In this document: positions 1-10,265 of the stretch, piece after piece
How positions within the stretch are numbered: the stretch's first letter is position 1
Layout: every line of letters starts with the position of its first letter
NCBI GenBank assembly: GCA_963743305.1
Contig: CAVUPH010000033.1
Span: 64,001-128,000 of the forward strand
From: an uncultured delta proteobacterium
GTDB lineage: Bacteria > Desulfobacterota > RBG-13-43-22
DNA: 64,000 nt
Reading direction: 5' to 3'
Translations under genes and position numbers: made by a program
Notes under the pieces: generated by a model
The model's input: only the letters and a program-made list of their open reading frames with translations
Told to the model about the DNA's origin: nothing
The model's database searches: none

Positions 1-952
1 CCGGCCTTCCAGGGCCGTCATCAAGGCCGTTGATTCACCACAGACAAAGGCGCCCGCCCCCTGGTGGACGATCACTTCGAAATCAAAGCCCGATGCCCAG
101 GATGTTCCGGCCCAGCAGGCCGTACTCCTCCGCCTGCCGGATGGCGAGAAACACGTTTTCCACGGCTAAAGGGTATTCCTGTCGAACGTAGATATAGCCC
201 TCGTGGGCGCCGACGGCATAGGCCCCGATGGTCAACCCCTCGAGGACGGCGTGAGGGTTCCCCTCGAGCAGGCTCCGGTCCATATAGGCTCCCGGGTCCC
301 CCTCGTCGGCATTGACGATGACATATTTGATCTCCTCCGGGGCATTGCGGGACCCTTCCCACTTGCGGCCGGCAGGAAAGCCGCCGCCCCCCCTCCCTCG
401 CAGGTTGGCTTTCTTGACTTCCTGCAACACCTGATCGGAGGTCATTCCGGAAAGGGCTTTGGCCAAGGCGGAATAACCGCCAATAGCCAGGTAGTCATCG
501 ATATTCTTGGGATCCACACTGCCGTTGGAACCGAAGACCAGCCGCGTTTGGTACTTGTAGAAGGGGATATCCCGTTCATGAACGATCTTCTCCTGGGTGT
601 TGGGGTCGGTATAGAGCAGACGTTCGACGACCTTCTTTTCTTTGATCGTCTGGGAGAGGATCTCCGGGACATCCTCCGGTTTTATCTGGAAATAACAGAT
701 TTCTTCGGGATGGATAACGATAATGGGACCCCGCTCACAAAAACCGTGACAGCCGGTCTTCCGGAGGTCGACCGCAGCGCCTAAACCTTGTTTCTCAATC
801 TCTTCTTCGATACGCGCCGCGACTTCCCGACTGCCGGTAGCATGGCAAGCCGATCCGGAACAGAGGGTGATGCACGGTTTTTGAGGGTCTCGGGTCGAAA
901 GGATTTCCTTCCGCAGTGCTTCCAACTCAGCGGGTGAATTTATCCGCGCCAT
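1..952 (-). CDS. bamH: BamH, NuoF/HoxF-like NADH-binding flavoprotein subunit; runs off the window start, apparent +1 frameshift at ~94-98
   Basis: Thioredoxin-like 2Fe-2S N-terminus (CSGSAC, TGCHGFC), [12 protein letters not shown] and NADEGDPGA motifs. The shifted frame continues [24 protein letters not shown], the NuoF consensus. Confidence 0.88.
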
Positions 953-961
953 AATTCTTCC

Positions 962-1414
962 TTACTCATAGGTTTTCAACACGTTGGCGGCCTCGGCCGG
1001 CGCCATCTTCCCGTGGGTTTTCCCATCGATTTCCATCACCGGCCCCAACGCACAGCAGCCGAGGCAGTTGACGGTCTGCAGGCTGAACTTCAAATCCAGG
1101 TCCGATTCCCCGGGGTGAATACCGGTCAGGTCCTGCACCGTATCGAGAACCCGCTGCGCCCCACGGACATGACAGGCCGTCCCCACACAAATGTGAATTT
1201 CATGGCGTCCTTTCGGGACCAGGCTGAAGGCCTTATAAAAGGTGGCGATATGCTGGATGCGGGTCATGGGAACCTGCAGCCGCTCGGCGACCCGCTCCAG
1301 GGCTTCCCGGGGGAGCCAATGTTTTTCGGCCTGAATCTCCAACAGTACTTGAATGAGCGAACTGGGCTCACCGTGATGTTTATCGATGATTTGATCGATT
1401 CTTTCGTTATCCAT
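962..1414 (-). CDS. bamG: BamG, NuoE-like 2Fe-2S subunit
   Basis: CVGTACHVRG and CLGCCALGP motifs; position in bam operon. Confidence 0.9.
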   Translation of the reverse strand: MDNERIDQIIDKHHGEPSSLIQVLLEIQAEKHWLPREALERVAERLQVPMTRIQHIATFYKAFSLVPKGRHEIHICVGTACHVRGAQRVLDTVQDLTGIHPGESDLDLKFSLQTVNCLGCCALGPVMEIDGKTHGKMAPAEAANVLKTYE

Positions 1415-1468
1415 AGCCTCTGTTCCTGATCTCTCTCTTACTCCTAACGCTACGCTCTTTTTTTCACC

Positions 1469-2236
1469 TCAGGCGAGCGCATAGCGCTTCAGGGTTTCAT
1501 CATACCGCACCAGTCGATGTTTGGAGGAAATCCCCAAGTGTTTGGATACTTCAGACGGGGTGAGACCGACACCCTGGGCGATTTCTCCGGTGGTGAGGGG
1601 CCCTTTTCGCAGCAGCGACACAATCTGGCCTATGGCCAATTTTTCGATAATCGTCTCATCAAATATCCGTTTCAGCTCGTCGCTGTCAAAGAACTTCTGG
1701 TACGCCTCTTCCGCCAGGGCCGGCAACCTCAGCCGCTCCCTTTCCACCAGTCTAATGTAAGGGATGAGTTCGGTCACCACCCCCAGCTTGAGCTGCAATC
1801 CTTTGGCCTCCAGGCCTTCGCCTGCGCCCAGTGGCCCCAAGGTCTTAACCTGTTTGACGAATTCATTGACAGAATCCACAAAGAGGCCTCCCTCGGCCCC
1901 GGACATAAATTGGATCTTGACCCTTTCCGGGCTCAGCCCGATATGCTCCAGGATCTTCTTGCAGATATGCACCATGGTCAAGGCATGGAAGTTCCCATGG
2001 GTAATGTAGTTGCATTCATTGAGATGGCAGGCACCGATAAAGACCCCATCCGCGCCCTTGGAGAAAGCCCGGAAGACATGGGCCAGGTCGATCCTGCCGG
2101 AACACATGACGCGAATAAGCCTCATTTCGGTGGTATATTGCTGTCTGGAAACTCCAGCCAGGTCCGCGGCGCCGTAGGCTCACCAATGGCAGACAAAACC
2201 CAATACTTTTGGCTTAAATCTAGGTCCGGCACTCAT
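1469..2236 (-). CDS. bamF: BamF, MvhD/FlpD-like 2Fe-2S selenoprotein (Sec at codon 19, TGA 2180-2182) with C-terminal winged-HTH-like extension
   Basis: ATG at 2236 gives MSAGPRFKPKVLGFVCHW-TGA-AYGAADLAG in frame with the 1469..2125 ORF (RVMCSGR, GACHLNECNY). The Cys paralog domain in this window reads CCNWCSYAGAD. Confidence 0.9.
2141..2161 (-). promoter_or_regulatory. Candidate bacterial SECIS of bamF
   Basis: mRNA CUG-G-CUGGA-GUU-UCCAG-A-CAG hairpin starting 19 nt after the UGA, G-first apical loop. Confidence 0.6.
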
Positions 2237-2277
2237 TCGTTCCACCCTCCGTTCCGGCTTCAGTCCCGCACAGGCTT

Positions 2278-5200
2278 CTAGGCATTTACAGCCGCCGCCA
2301 TAGGTTCTATGATCGTTTCATCGGAAATCGCCGCGTCAATTTCGCTCAAGATCTCTTCGTCGGTAAAGTGCTTTAGAAAAATGGCGCTGGTGGCGCACTT
2401 GGTGTTGCAGAGGCCGTCTCCTTTGCAGAGGACCGGGTTCACCTTGGCCTTTCGGCCCCGCGGCGTCTCGTAAAACTCAATGGCGCCGTACGTGCAGGCC
2501 GTAATGCAGGCCCCGCAGGAAACACACTTCTCCTCATTCACCTCGCAGACGGCGCCGGAAGCGACGACGGTCTCATGGGAGAGGAGCGTTAAGACCCGGC
2601 CGGCGGCTCCATAAGATTGGTTGATTGTTTCCGGAATAAACTTGGGATAATGGGCCAAACCGCAGAGGTAGACGCCGTCCGTGGCAAACTCCACCGGTCT
2701 CAATTTGACATGGGCTTCTTTGAAGAAGCCGTCCGGACTCAAGGTTACCTTGAAGAATCCGGCAATTTCTTTGGTGCTGGCGGAGGGAATAACCGCGGCC
2801 GCCAGGGCCAGGATATCGGCCTCCAGTTCCAGCTTCTTGCCCAAGATGGAATCGGTCTGGGTAACTTTGAGAACGGGACGACCGTCCTCCGAGGTCCCCG
2901 CTTCTACCTGAGGCGCGTCCTGCGGCTCGTAGCGGATAAACTTGACGTCTTTATTCGAGGCTTCCCGGTAATAATCTTCTTTAAAGCCATAGGTCCTCAT
3001 ATCCCTGAAAAGTATGGTGATATCCATCCGCGGGTTGAGCTCTTTCAGTTTCAAGGCATGCTTGACGGACTGGCTGCAACAAATCCGGCTGCAATAATTC
3101 CGGTCTTGATTTCGGCAGCCGATGCATTGGATCATCACCAGACTCCGGGAGTTAATCACCCGTTCATCGCCTAGAGCGATCCGCCCTTCCAGCTCCAGGT
3201 GGGTCAGAACCCGGTCATCTTCTCCATACAAGTATTCCGTCGGTCGGTAAACCTCGGCCCCGGTGGCGATGACGGCGGCGCCATGTCGTATCTCGCTGAC
3301 CCCTCGGTCGGATTTCACTTTGGTGACGAAACTCCCGATATATCCGGTCGCTTCGGTGATGGTCGCCTCGGTATAGACATGGATCAAGGGGTGCCGATAC
3401 ACCCGACTCACCAGATCACGCACCTGGGCCTGGACGTCCAGGCCTTCCAGGGTATAATGGATTTTTCGGGCGATCCCCCCCAAATCGGTTTCCTTTTCCA
3501 CCAGATGCACCTCGTGCCCCTGGTCGGCAATGGAAAGCGCACAAGTCAGGCCGGCCAGACCCCCGCCGACTACCAAGGCCGCCTTGTTGACCGGCAGATC
3601 AAATTCTTGCAGCGGCTCCAGGTGACAGGCGCGGGCCACCGACATGCGGATGATATCTTTGGCTTTCTGAGTGGCTTCTTCCTTTTCCTTCGAGTGAACC
3701 CAGGAGTTATGCTCTCGGATATTCGCCATGTCTAAGTAATATTGATTGATTCCCGCCTCCCGCAGGGTGTCCCGGAATAACGGTTCCAGGGTTCGGGGGG
3801 AGCAGGCAGCGACAATGACGCGATTGAGCCCTTTTTCCCGGGTCATGTCCGTTATTTCTTTGGCCGAATTCGTCGCACAGGAAAAAACCTGATTCTGAGC
3901 GTGAACCACATTGGGCAGGGATTTGCAGTACTCGACCGTGTCGGGAACATTCACCACGGAGGAGATATTCGCCCCGCAATGACAGACAAAGACCCCGATC
4001 CGCGGCTCCTCTTGGGAAACATCCCTTTCCGGGGGATAGATTCTTTCCCGGGTCAACTTCCCGCGCCGGTAGTTCAGGAATTGGCCGCATTGGGAGCCGG
4101 CTCCACTGGCACTGAAAACCGCCTCCGGGATATCGACCGGCCCCTGGAGGGCGCCGCTGACAAAGATCCCGGGCCTGTTGGTCACCAGAGGATTGACCGG
4201 ATCGAGCTTGCAAAAATTGTGGTGATTGAGTTCGATGCCGAATTTCTTGGCCAACCCCGATACCTCCGCCGGAGGATTCAATCCGACGGATAGCACCACC
4301 ATATCGAATTCTTCCTCTTGGACGCCGTCTTCGGGGGTGGCATACCGCAGGGTGACATTCTTGGATTCCGGGATCTCTTTTCCTATAGATACATAGCTTC
4401 TGATAAAGCGAACCCCGGGGAGGTTCTCGGCCCTTTGGTAGTAGCGTTCGAAATCCTTCCCGAAGGAACGAATATCGTTATGGAATATGGTACATTCGGC
4501 CTCCGGGTGATGATCCTTGGTCAAAATCACCTGTTTCTGGGTATAGGTGCAACAGACGGCGGAACAATAGCTGTTACCGCCCGGAGGGTTGATCTGTCTG
4601 GAACCGACGCATTGGATCCAGGCGATTTTACGGGGATGCTTCAGGTCGGAAGCGCGCAGTATCTCACCAGCGTAGGCCCCGGTGGAGGATAAGAGCCGTT
4701 CATAGTCCATACTGGTCACCACGTTTTGGAACTCTCCGTAGTGATAGTCTCCCCGTACCTTAGGGTCAAAGGGCTCGAGGCCGAGGGAGAGAAGGATCGC
4801 CCCGACCTTTAGCTCGAGCTTCTCCGGCACTTGATGGAAGTCGATGGCCTTATTTTCGCAAACGCCTTCGCAGATACGACATTTCTTCTCCTTCAGGTAA
4901 AGACAGCTTTCGTCGATATAGGAGACCAGGGGGATGGCCTGCGAAAAGTAGATATGGACGGCTTTATTCTCCGAAATCTCCTGATTAAATGGATCGGGAT
5001 ACAAAACCGGGCAGTATTTCACGCAGGTGGTACAACCCGTGCAGAGGTCCTCTTTGATATATCGGGGTTTTCTGGTCAGGGAGACCGTAAAATCTCCCGC
5101 TTCTCCTTCGATACCATTTACTTCAGTATACGTCAGGACTTCGATGTTGGGATGCCGGCCGACCTCGACCAGTTTGGGTGACAGGATTCACATGGAGCAG

Positions 5201-5403
5201 TCATTGGTGGGAAAGGTCTTGTCCAATTGGGCCATGTGGCCCCCGATGCTCGGTGCCTTCTCAACCAGGTAGACCCTAAAACCCGCCGTGGCCAGATCGA
5301 GTGAGGCTTGAATACCGCTGATCCCGCCACCGACTACCAGGACGTCGCCGAATGTACCGGCGTCGAGACTATTCGCATGCTGTTCCATCTGTTCTTTTTC
5401 CAC
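2278..5403 (-). CDS. bamE: BamE, tandem HdrA-like FAD/FeS subunit, selenoprotein (TGA 5188-5190), ~1041 aa
   Basis: ORFs 5188..5403 and 2278..5022 are in one frame, joined across [30 protein letters not shown]. Two GGG Rossmann motifs, CSAVCC and CSRICC, HVKLRP, C-terminal ferredoxin. Confidence 0.9.
5155..5172 (-). promoter_or_regulatory. Candidate bacterial SECIS of bamE
   Basis: mRNA CUGGUCG-AGGU-CGGCCGG 7-bp stem starting 16 nt after the UGA. Confidence 0.65.
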
Positions 5404-5447
5404 TTCTTTTTCCTTCTTCAGGTTTCTCGGGTTAATTTTCGGGTTAC

Positions 5448-6599
5448 TTATATGGTTTCCTGAATAATTTCCGTGAGATCCTTCACCTCGAGGCGTTCGC
5501 TAAGCTCCAGAGTCAACCGGCTGTCTTCGAACATGGTAATGCAGTAGGGGCAGGCCGTCACCAGCACCTCGGCCCCAACCCCCAGGGCCTGTTCCAGGCG
5601 GAGTTCGGAAAATCGTTCGCCCTTGGGCGTCTCCATCCAGATCCGGCCGCCGCCTCCTCCGCAACAGAGGCTGTCAACCCGTGAATCCGGCAGTTCCATC
5701 AGCTCCAACCCGGGGATTTTCTTTAAGGCCTCCCGGGGCTCGTCAAATATACCATTATGGCGACCCAGGTAGCAGGGGTCATGATACGCTACTTTTTTCC
5801 CATATTCCTTTTTGATCTCCAACCTCCCTGCCTGAAGCAGCTCGAATAAATACTGGGAGATATGCATGATCTCAAAATTCACCTGGAATTCCGGATACTC
5901 ATTCTTGAAGGTATGGTAGCAATGGGGGGAGGAAACCAGGATTTTTTTCACCCCATGATCGATGAAGGTTTTGATGTTTTCCCGGGCCAGGCGTTTGAAT
6001 AATTCCTCATCGCCCGCCTTGCGGATGCTCTCTCCGCAGCAATTTTCCTTCGTACCCAGTATCCCGAAGTCCACCCCGGCTTGATTGAGGAGAGCGGCTG
6101 TGGCCCGGGCCACCTTTTTTAACCTGGGATCATAGCTGAGGTAACAACCGGGGAAATATAAAATTTCCATCCCCTCGGTGAAGGGCTTGACCGACAGACC
6201 TTCCGCCCACTTGGCTCGGTCTTTTCGCGCTTCAGTCAAGGGGTTCCCTTCGTCAATGAGGCTGGCGCTGGCGGTACGCACCGGCTTGACGGCCTTCGGA
6301 AAAACTTGGTATTCTGTGGCAATCCGGCGCAGGGCGATCCCGGATTGTATCTGTTGGACGTCTCGGGGACACCGCTGCGGGCAACGGCCGCAGGTCGTAC
6401 AGCGCCAGATTTCTTCACTTTCTATGTCCGTCAAACCGAACGTGGCCTCCCGAACGATCTTGCGTATACTGAAGTTTCTGACCCGGTTCCAGGGACAAAC
6501 CGTATCGCATAATCCGCATTGATAGCATCGCTTGAAGGCGTCTCCACCGCTCGCCTTGATGACTTCTATGATCTCTTGATAGGGGGCTACAGTCTCCAC
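5448..6599 (-). CDS. bamD: BamD, HdrD/HdrCB-like Fe-S protein with CCG domains
   Basis: [51 protein letters not shown]. Confidence 0.9.
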   Translation of the reverse strand: METVAPYQEIIEVIKASGGDAFKRCYQCGLCDTVCPWNRVRNFSIRKIVREATFGLTDIESEEIWRCTTCGRCPQRCPRDVQQIQSGIALRRIATEYQVFPKAVKPVRTASASLIDEGNPLTEARKDRAKWAEGLSVKPFTEGMEILYFPGCYLSYDPRLKKVARATAALLNQAGVDFGILGTKENCCGESIRKAGDEELFKRLARENIKTFIDHGVKKILVSSPHCYHTFKNEYPEFQVNFEIMHISQYLFELLQAGRLEIKKEYGKKVAYHDPCYLGRHNGIFDEPREALKKIPGLELMELPDSRVDSLCCGGGGGRIWMETPKGERFSELRLEQALGVGAEVLVTACPYCITMFEDSRLTLELSERLEVKDLTEIIQETI

Positions 6600-6720
6600 G
6601 GTCTCTCTCAGTCCTTTTCCCGGGGCATAAGGGGATGTTTACCCTTTCTAATCCGAAAACGGTTTTCTAAATCGTTACCCGGCGGGCTATTAATTTCAGC
6701 CAAAAATTGAAAAGTTTCGG

Positions 6721-7272
6721 CTAGCCCTTCTTGGACACGGACATCCGGGCCGCAGTGTCCAGAACCTTCTCCAGGCCATATTTGTCCACCAATGATTCCA
6801 ACCCGATTTCCACGTCCTCTGCCTTCACCTCTTCTTCGACTTCCTCTTCCCTTTCTTCGTACGACAGGGCATTCACCAGGCACCACTTGACGCACAAGGG
6901 CTCCTTCTCGCCTTCACACATATCGCATTTCAGCGGAAGACCGGAATCGGGTTCCTTGAAAAGATCCCGGGAGGGGCAGGAAGAGCGGCAAAAAGCACAT
7001 TCGTCGTATTCCTTGCCGTCAATCACATATTTGTCCCGCCCCATACACTCGGCTTTAGCATTTTCGCCGGCGTAAACGGGAACATAAACGTCTTTCAGCG
7101 GTTCACGGATCACTCGAATACGGGACCTGGCCGGATTATTGCTACTATATTGGGGTGCCGCGTGAAAGGCGGAGCAGGCGACCTCGCAGGCTCGGCAACC
7201 GTTGCATTTATCCACATCGACCTTTATCGTTTTAACTATTTTCTTTTTCTTCTCACCCATGACGATACCCAC
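6721..7272 (-). CDS. bamC: BamC, Fe-S electron transfer subunit
   Basis: CNGCRACEVAC, CAFCRSSCP, KCDMC, PLCVKWC; directly downstream of bamB. Confidence 0.9.
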   Translation of the reverse strand: MGIVMGEKKKKIVKTIKVDVDKCNGCRACEVACSAFHAAPQYSSNNPARSRIRVIREPLKDVYVPVYAGENAKAECMGRDKYVIDGKEYDECAFCRSSCPSRDLFKEPDSGLPLKCDMCEGEKEPLCVKWCLVNALSYEEREEEVEEEVKAEDVEIGLESLVDKYGLEKVLDTAARMSVSKKG

Positions 7273-7297
7273 CTCTTCACTTTATTTCTCCAGCCAT

Positions 7298-9290
7298 TTA
7301 CGCCGAAGCCGCTTCAGATGGAGTCCCTTCGTTTTCCGTGTAGATCCCTCTCTTTTCAAAGTCTTCGCTCACGTAATCCAAACCCAATTCATGCAGGGAC
7401 TCTTTCGTGGGAATTCCCTCACTATTCCAACCCTTAAATTGGTAATAGGTATCTAAAAGCTCCTTTTCCAATTCGGGAAATCTTTTTTTCCAATGGTCTT
7501 CCGGCGGCTTATCATCTTTTCTCCTCAGGCCTCTGCGGATATTTATAGCCCTAACCAAAGTCCGGTACCTCTTGGTGGCTTGCGTCAGTTTGTCTTCATC
7601 CATTTCGATCCCGGCACCAGACGAGATAAATTTAGGGTAGTTATGTATATGATAGGGGGGCTTCAGGGGAAAGGATGACAAACCGGCGCACATCCCGAGG
7701 GCGTCATCAATGTAGTGCATCCGTTCCTGCCAATCGACAATGTCACAACACATTTGCACCGTGGGGTAGAAGGGCATGGATTTCTCCCCCCGGGGTTCCC
7801 AATCCAAAAAAATCTGCTTGAACTTTTCGTCCGGAACGTGAAACCAATCCTGGACAAAGGCCTCCCGCTCCTCCCGCGTCGGAAAAGGCGCCTGGGGGAA
7901 CTGCCCTTCAATTTGGGTGATGTTGATCTTTTCGCCGGTGGCATACATGAGGAAATAAATGGGATTGAGCATGGACAGCTTGAGGGGCAGTTGCTCGTGC
8001 TTTTTAATATTATTATGGGCATAGGCTTCCGCGCCCTTGCCGATCTGCCGGGCCGCCCAATAGGTGCCGTTGGCCAACACATCGCCGATCCCGTCCCGCC
8101 GAACGATGCGGTCCAATAACCAGTGAAATCTCCCTTCATTATCGGAAGGCATTCCGGGAAAGTCCTGATCAGTCAAAATGCCGGCTTCATAAAGCTCCAG
8201 GGCGAAGGCCATGACCTGGGGGGCGGAGAAGGCGTCCACCCCATACTCCGTGGCGCTTTGAGCGATACCCAACCCAAACTCCAGATCGGACATGGCCGCC
8301 ATGGTATAGGTAAGTTTCGAGAAGCATTTCATCATGTAGGTGGGCTGTCCCGGGGGCGCAATGGTGGCCCCGCAGGTCATCGGACAGTTGTAGCAACTGA
8401 TCAGCCGTCTCCGCATACTATCCAGGGTCTCCGCCCACTGGCTGGCGATCTCCTCGTTCCAAAAATCTTTGCGGCGGGTGCGGGAATTCCCCCACATGAA
8501 ATTTTCGGTGTGCCATTTTTCATCATGGACTTTCATCTCTTGCGGCGACCCCAGCCCGGCTAAAATGGGCATGACCCCGGGAACCGGATTTTCATTTCGC
8601 CATTTTATGTAGTTCAAAACTTCGTTGCACAGTCCCATGAATTCAGCCGGCCGGGCCACATTGATGTCCCGGGTTCCCCGCACGACTATAGCCTTGACGC
8701 CTTTGTCGCCCATCACGGCGCCTATGCCGCCCCGGCTGGCACTGGATCGGCCCTGCTCGATGGAAGCAAAATAGACCCTGTTTTCACCTGCCAGGCCGAT
8801 AGCCGCCACCTGGGCCTTGGGCTCCTTCAACTCCTGCCGAATTAGTTCCGCCGTTTCCACGGCGCCTTTACCCTTCAAATGAGCGGCATCCCGTATTTCC
8901 ACTTTATCATTGTTTATCCAGATATAGACCAGATGAGGGGACTTGCCGCGCAGGACCACTTTGTCATAACCGGCATACTTCAATTCCGGCGCCCAAAAGC
9001 CCCCCATCATGGAATAGGCCATTAATTGCGTCTGAGGGCGAAATGGTGGAAACGATGGTCCGATTACACCCGGTGGCCGGTGTCCCGCATAAAAGACCGG
9101 CGCCGAAGATCAGAAGATTATCAGGGGAAAAGGGTTCGGTTTCGGGGGGAACCCTATCCCATAAAAGCTTGGCGTTTGTCCCCAGGCCCCCCAGATAAAG
9201 TTCGGTGTCTCTCGGATCGGTTTCTACCCGCTCAATGTTTCCTCGGGATAGATCAATTTCTAAATTAAACCCCGTCTCGGCGTAACGCAT
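7298..9290 (-). CDS. bamB: BamB, tungstopterin active-site subunit of class II benzoyl-CoA reductase (AOR family); apparent +1 frameshift at 9036-9038
   Basis: MRYAETG start, SPQEMKVHDEKWHTENF, CYNCPMTC and MKCFSK motifs. Removing one C joins the two ORFs as STISPQTQLMAYSMMGG. Confidence 0.9.
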
Positions 9291-9397
9291 TTTTTTCCCC
9301 TTCTAGATTACCTGAACCCGTGATGGAAGTTATTCTTCCGTCAAAATCAAGATCGTGAGTTCAGGGGCTAGTAAGCCTTTAATGTCGGATCAAAAAA

Positions 9398-9862
9398 TTA
9401 CTCTTTCGGTTCCAATTTTTTATATAGATTAATAAAGTTGCTCCGGTTAAACCCGATGGATTTAAAAAAGGAAAGTATATCCACCGCGTCCCAACGGGCG
9501 GCCGTGTAAATCTCATTGATTTTATTTTTTTTAAACAGCTTGAACAAATGGGTAATCAAGGACTGGCCGATGCCGGTCCCCATGTATTTGGGATGAACCC
9601 CGATGATCTTGATCCAGCCGCTCTGGTCCAGGCCAAAGCTATTGGTCATGATTTCGCTGATGATGAAGCCGACCACCTGATCCCCATCCAAAGCCGCCAG
9701 ACTCAGGCTGCTGTCATTCTGAATGGTATCCCCCCATTGGGCAATTTTCTTGGGGCCGATCTTTTTTTTGGTGATAATCTCCTGAATATGTATCACCTGG
9801 GGCAGATCGGCGGTCAATAATTTTCGGAATTTAATCGTTTTCAAGGCCATCTCGCTCTCCAT
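9398..9862 (-). CDS. GNAT-family protein
   Basis: VHPKYMGTGIG acyl-CoA-binding motif; ATG overlaps the upstream stop (TGATG). Confidence 0.85.
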   Translation of the reverse strand: MESEMALKTIKFRKLLTADLPQVIHIQEIITKKKIGPKKIAQWGDTIQNDSSLSLAALDGDQVVGFIISEIMTNSFGLDQSGWIKIIGVHPKYMGTGIGQSLITHLFKLFKKNKINEIYTAARWDAVDILSFFKSIGFNRSNFINLYKKLEPKE

Positions 9863-10062
9863 CAATCAATGCGAATGATTTTGACGTGTTTCCCCACCCA
9901 TTCCGGGGGAAGATAAACCCGTCCGCTGTTTCCGCTTTGTTTGACCTCTTTTTCAATCATTTCTTCCCCAAATACTTCAAATTTGGCCTTGAGTGATTTG
10001 CTGGTTTCTTCGATATTCTCAGGGAGTTCTCGGGGATAGTTTTCTCTTTTCAGGGGTACCAT
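9862..10062 (-). CDS. Small DUF2080-like (AbrB-type swapped-hairpin) protein
   Basis: EKEVKQSGNSGRVYLPPEWVGKHVKIIRI pattern; AAGGG RBS. Confidence 0.75.
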   Translation of the reverse strand: MVPLKRENYPRELPENIEETSKSLKAKFEVFGEEMIEKEVKQSGNSGRVYLPPEWVGKHVKIIRID

Positions 10063-10192
10063 ATTATTCCCTTATCCGACTAAAAAGTCAAACCCGGTTT
10101 GATGGTGCCAGCAGGTCATAATCCATTGAATTAGTGATAGAAAAATAATAAAATCGCCTCTTCCGTTGAACTCTCAGGAAGGAATATCTATG

Positions 10193-10254
10193 GCTATAAA
10201 TTAACTACAATTTAACTATAAAGTAGTTATAGGTATTTTTAAAAAGTTTGTCAA
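10193..10254 (-). promoter_or_regulatory. Sigma70 promoter with overlapping tandem/palindromic operator
   Basis: TTGACA (10254-10249), 17 nt, TATAAC (10231-10226); three 11-bp repeats at 10193-10225; palindrome TAACTA-N5-TAGTTA at 10213-10229. Confidence 0.75.
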
Positions 10255-10265
10255 GGGAAAAATAA

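Noticed and set aside
8964-9060. Programmed frameshift or true pseudogene in bamB
   Set aside because: No slippery heptamer; same +1 pattern as seven other sites; rest of the operon is intact.
9862-10062. Mobile element implied by the 'transposase-associated' label of DUF2080
   Set aside because: No transposase, terminal repeats or target duplication nearby.
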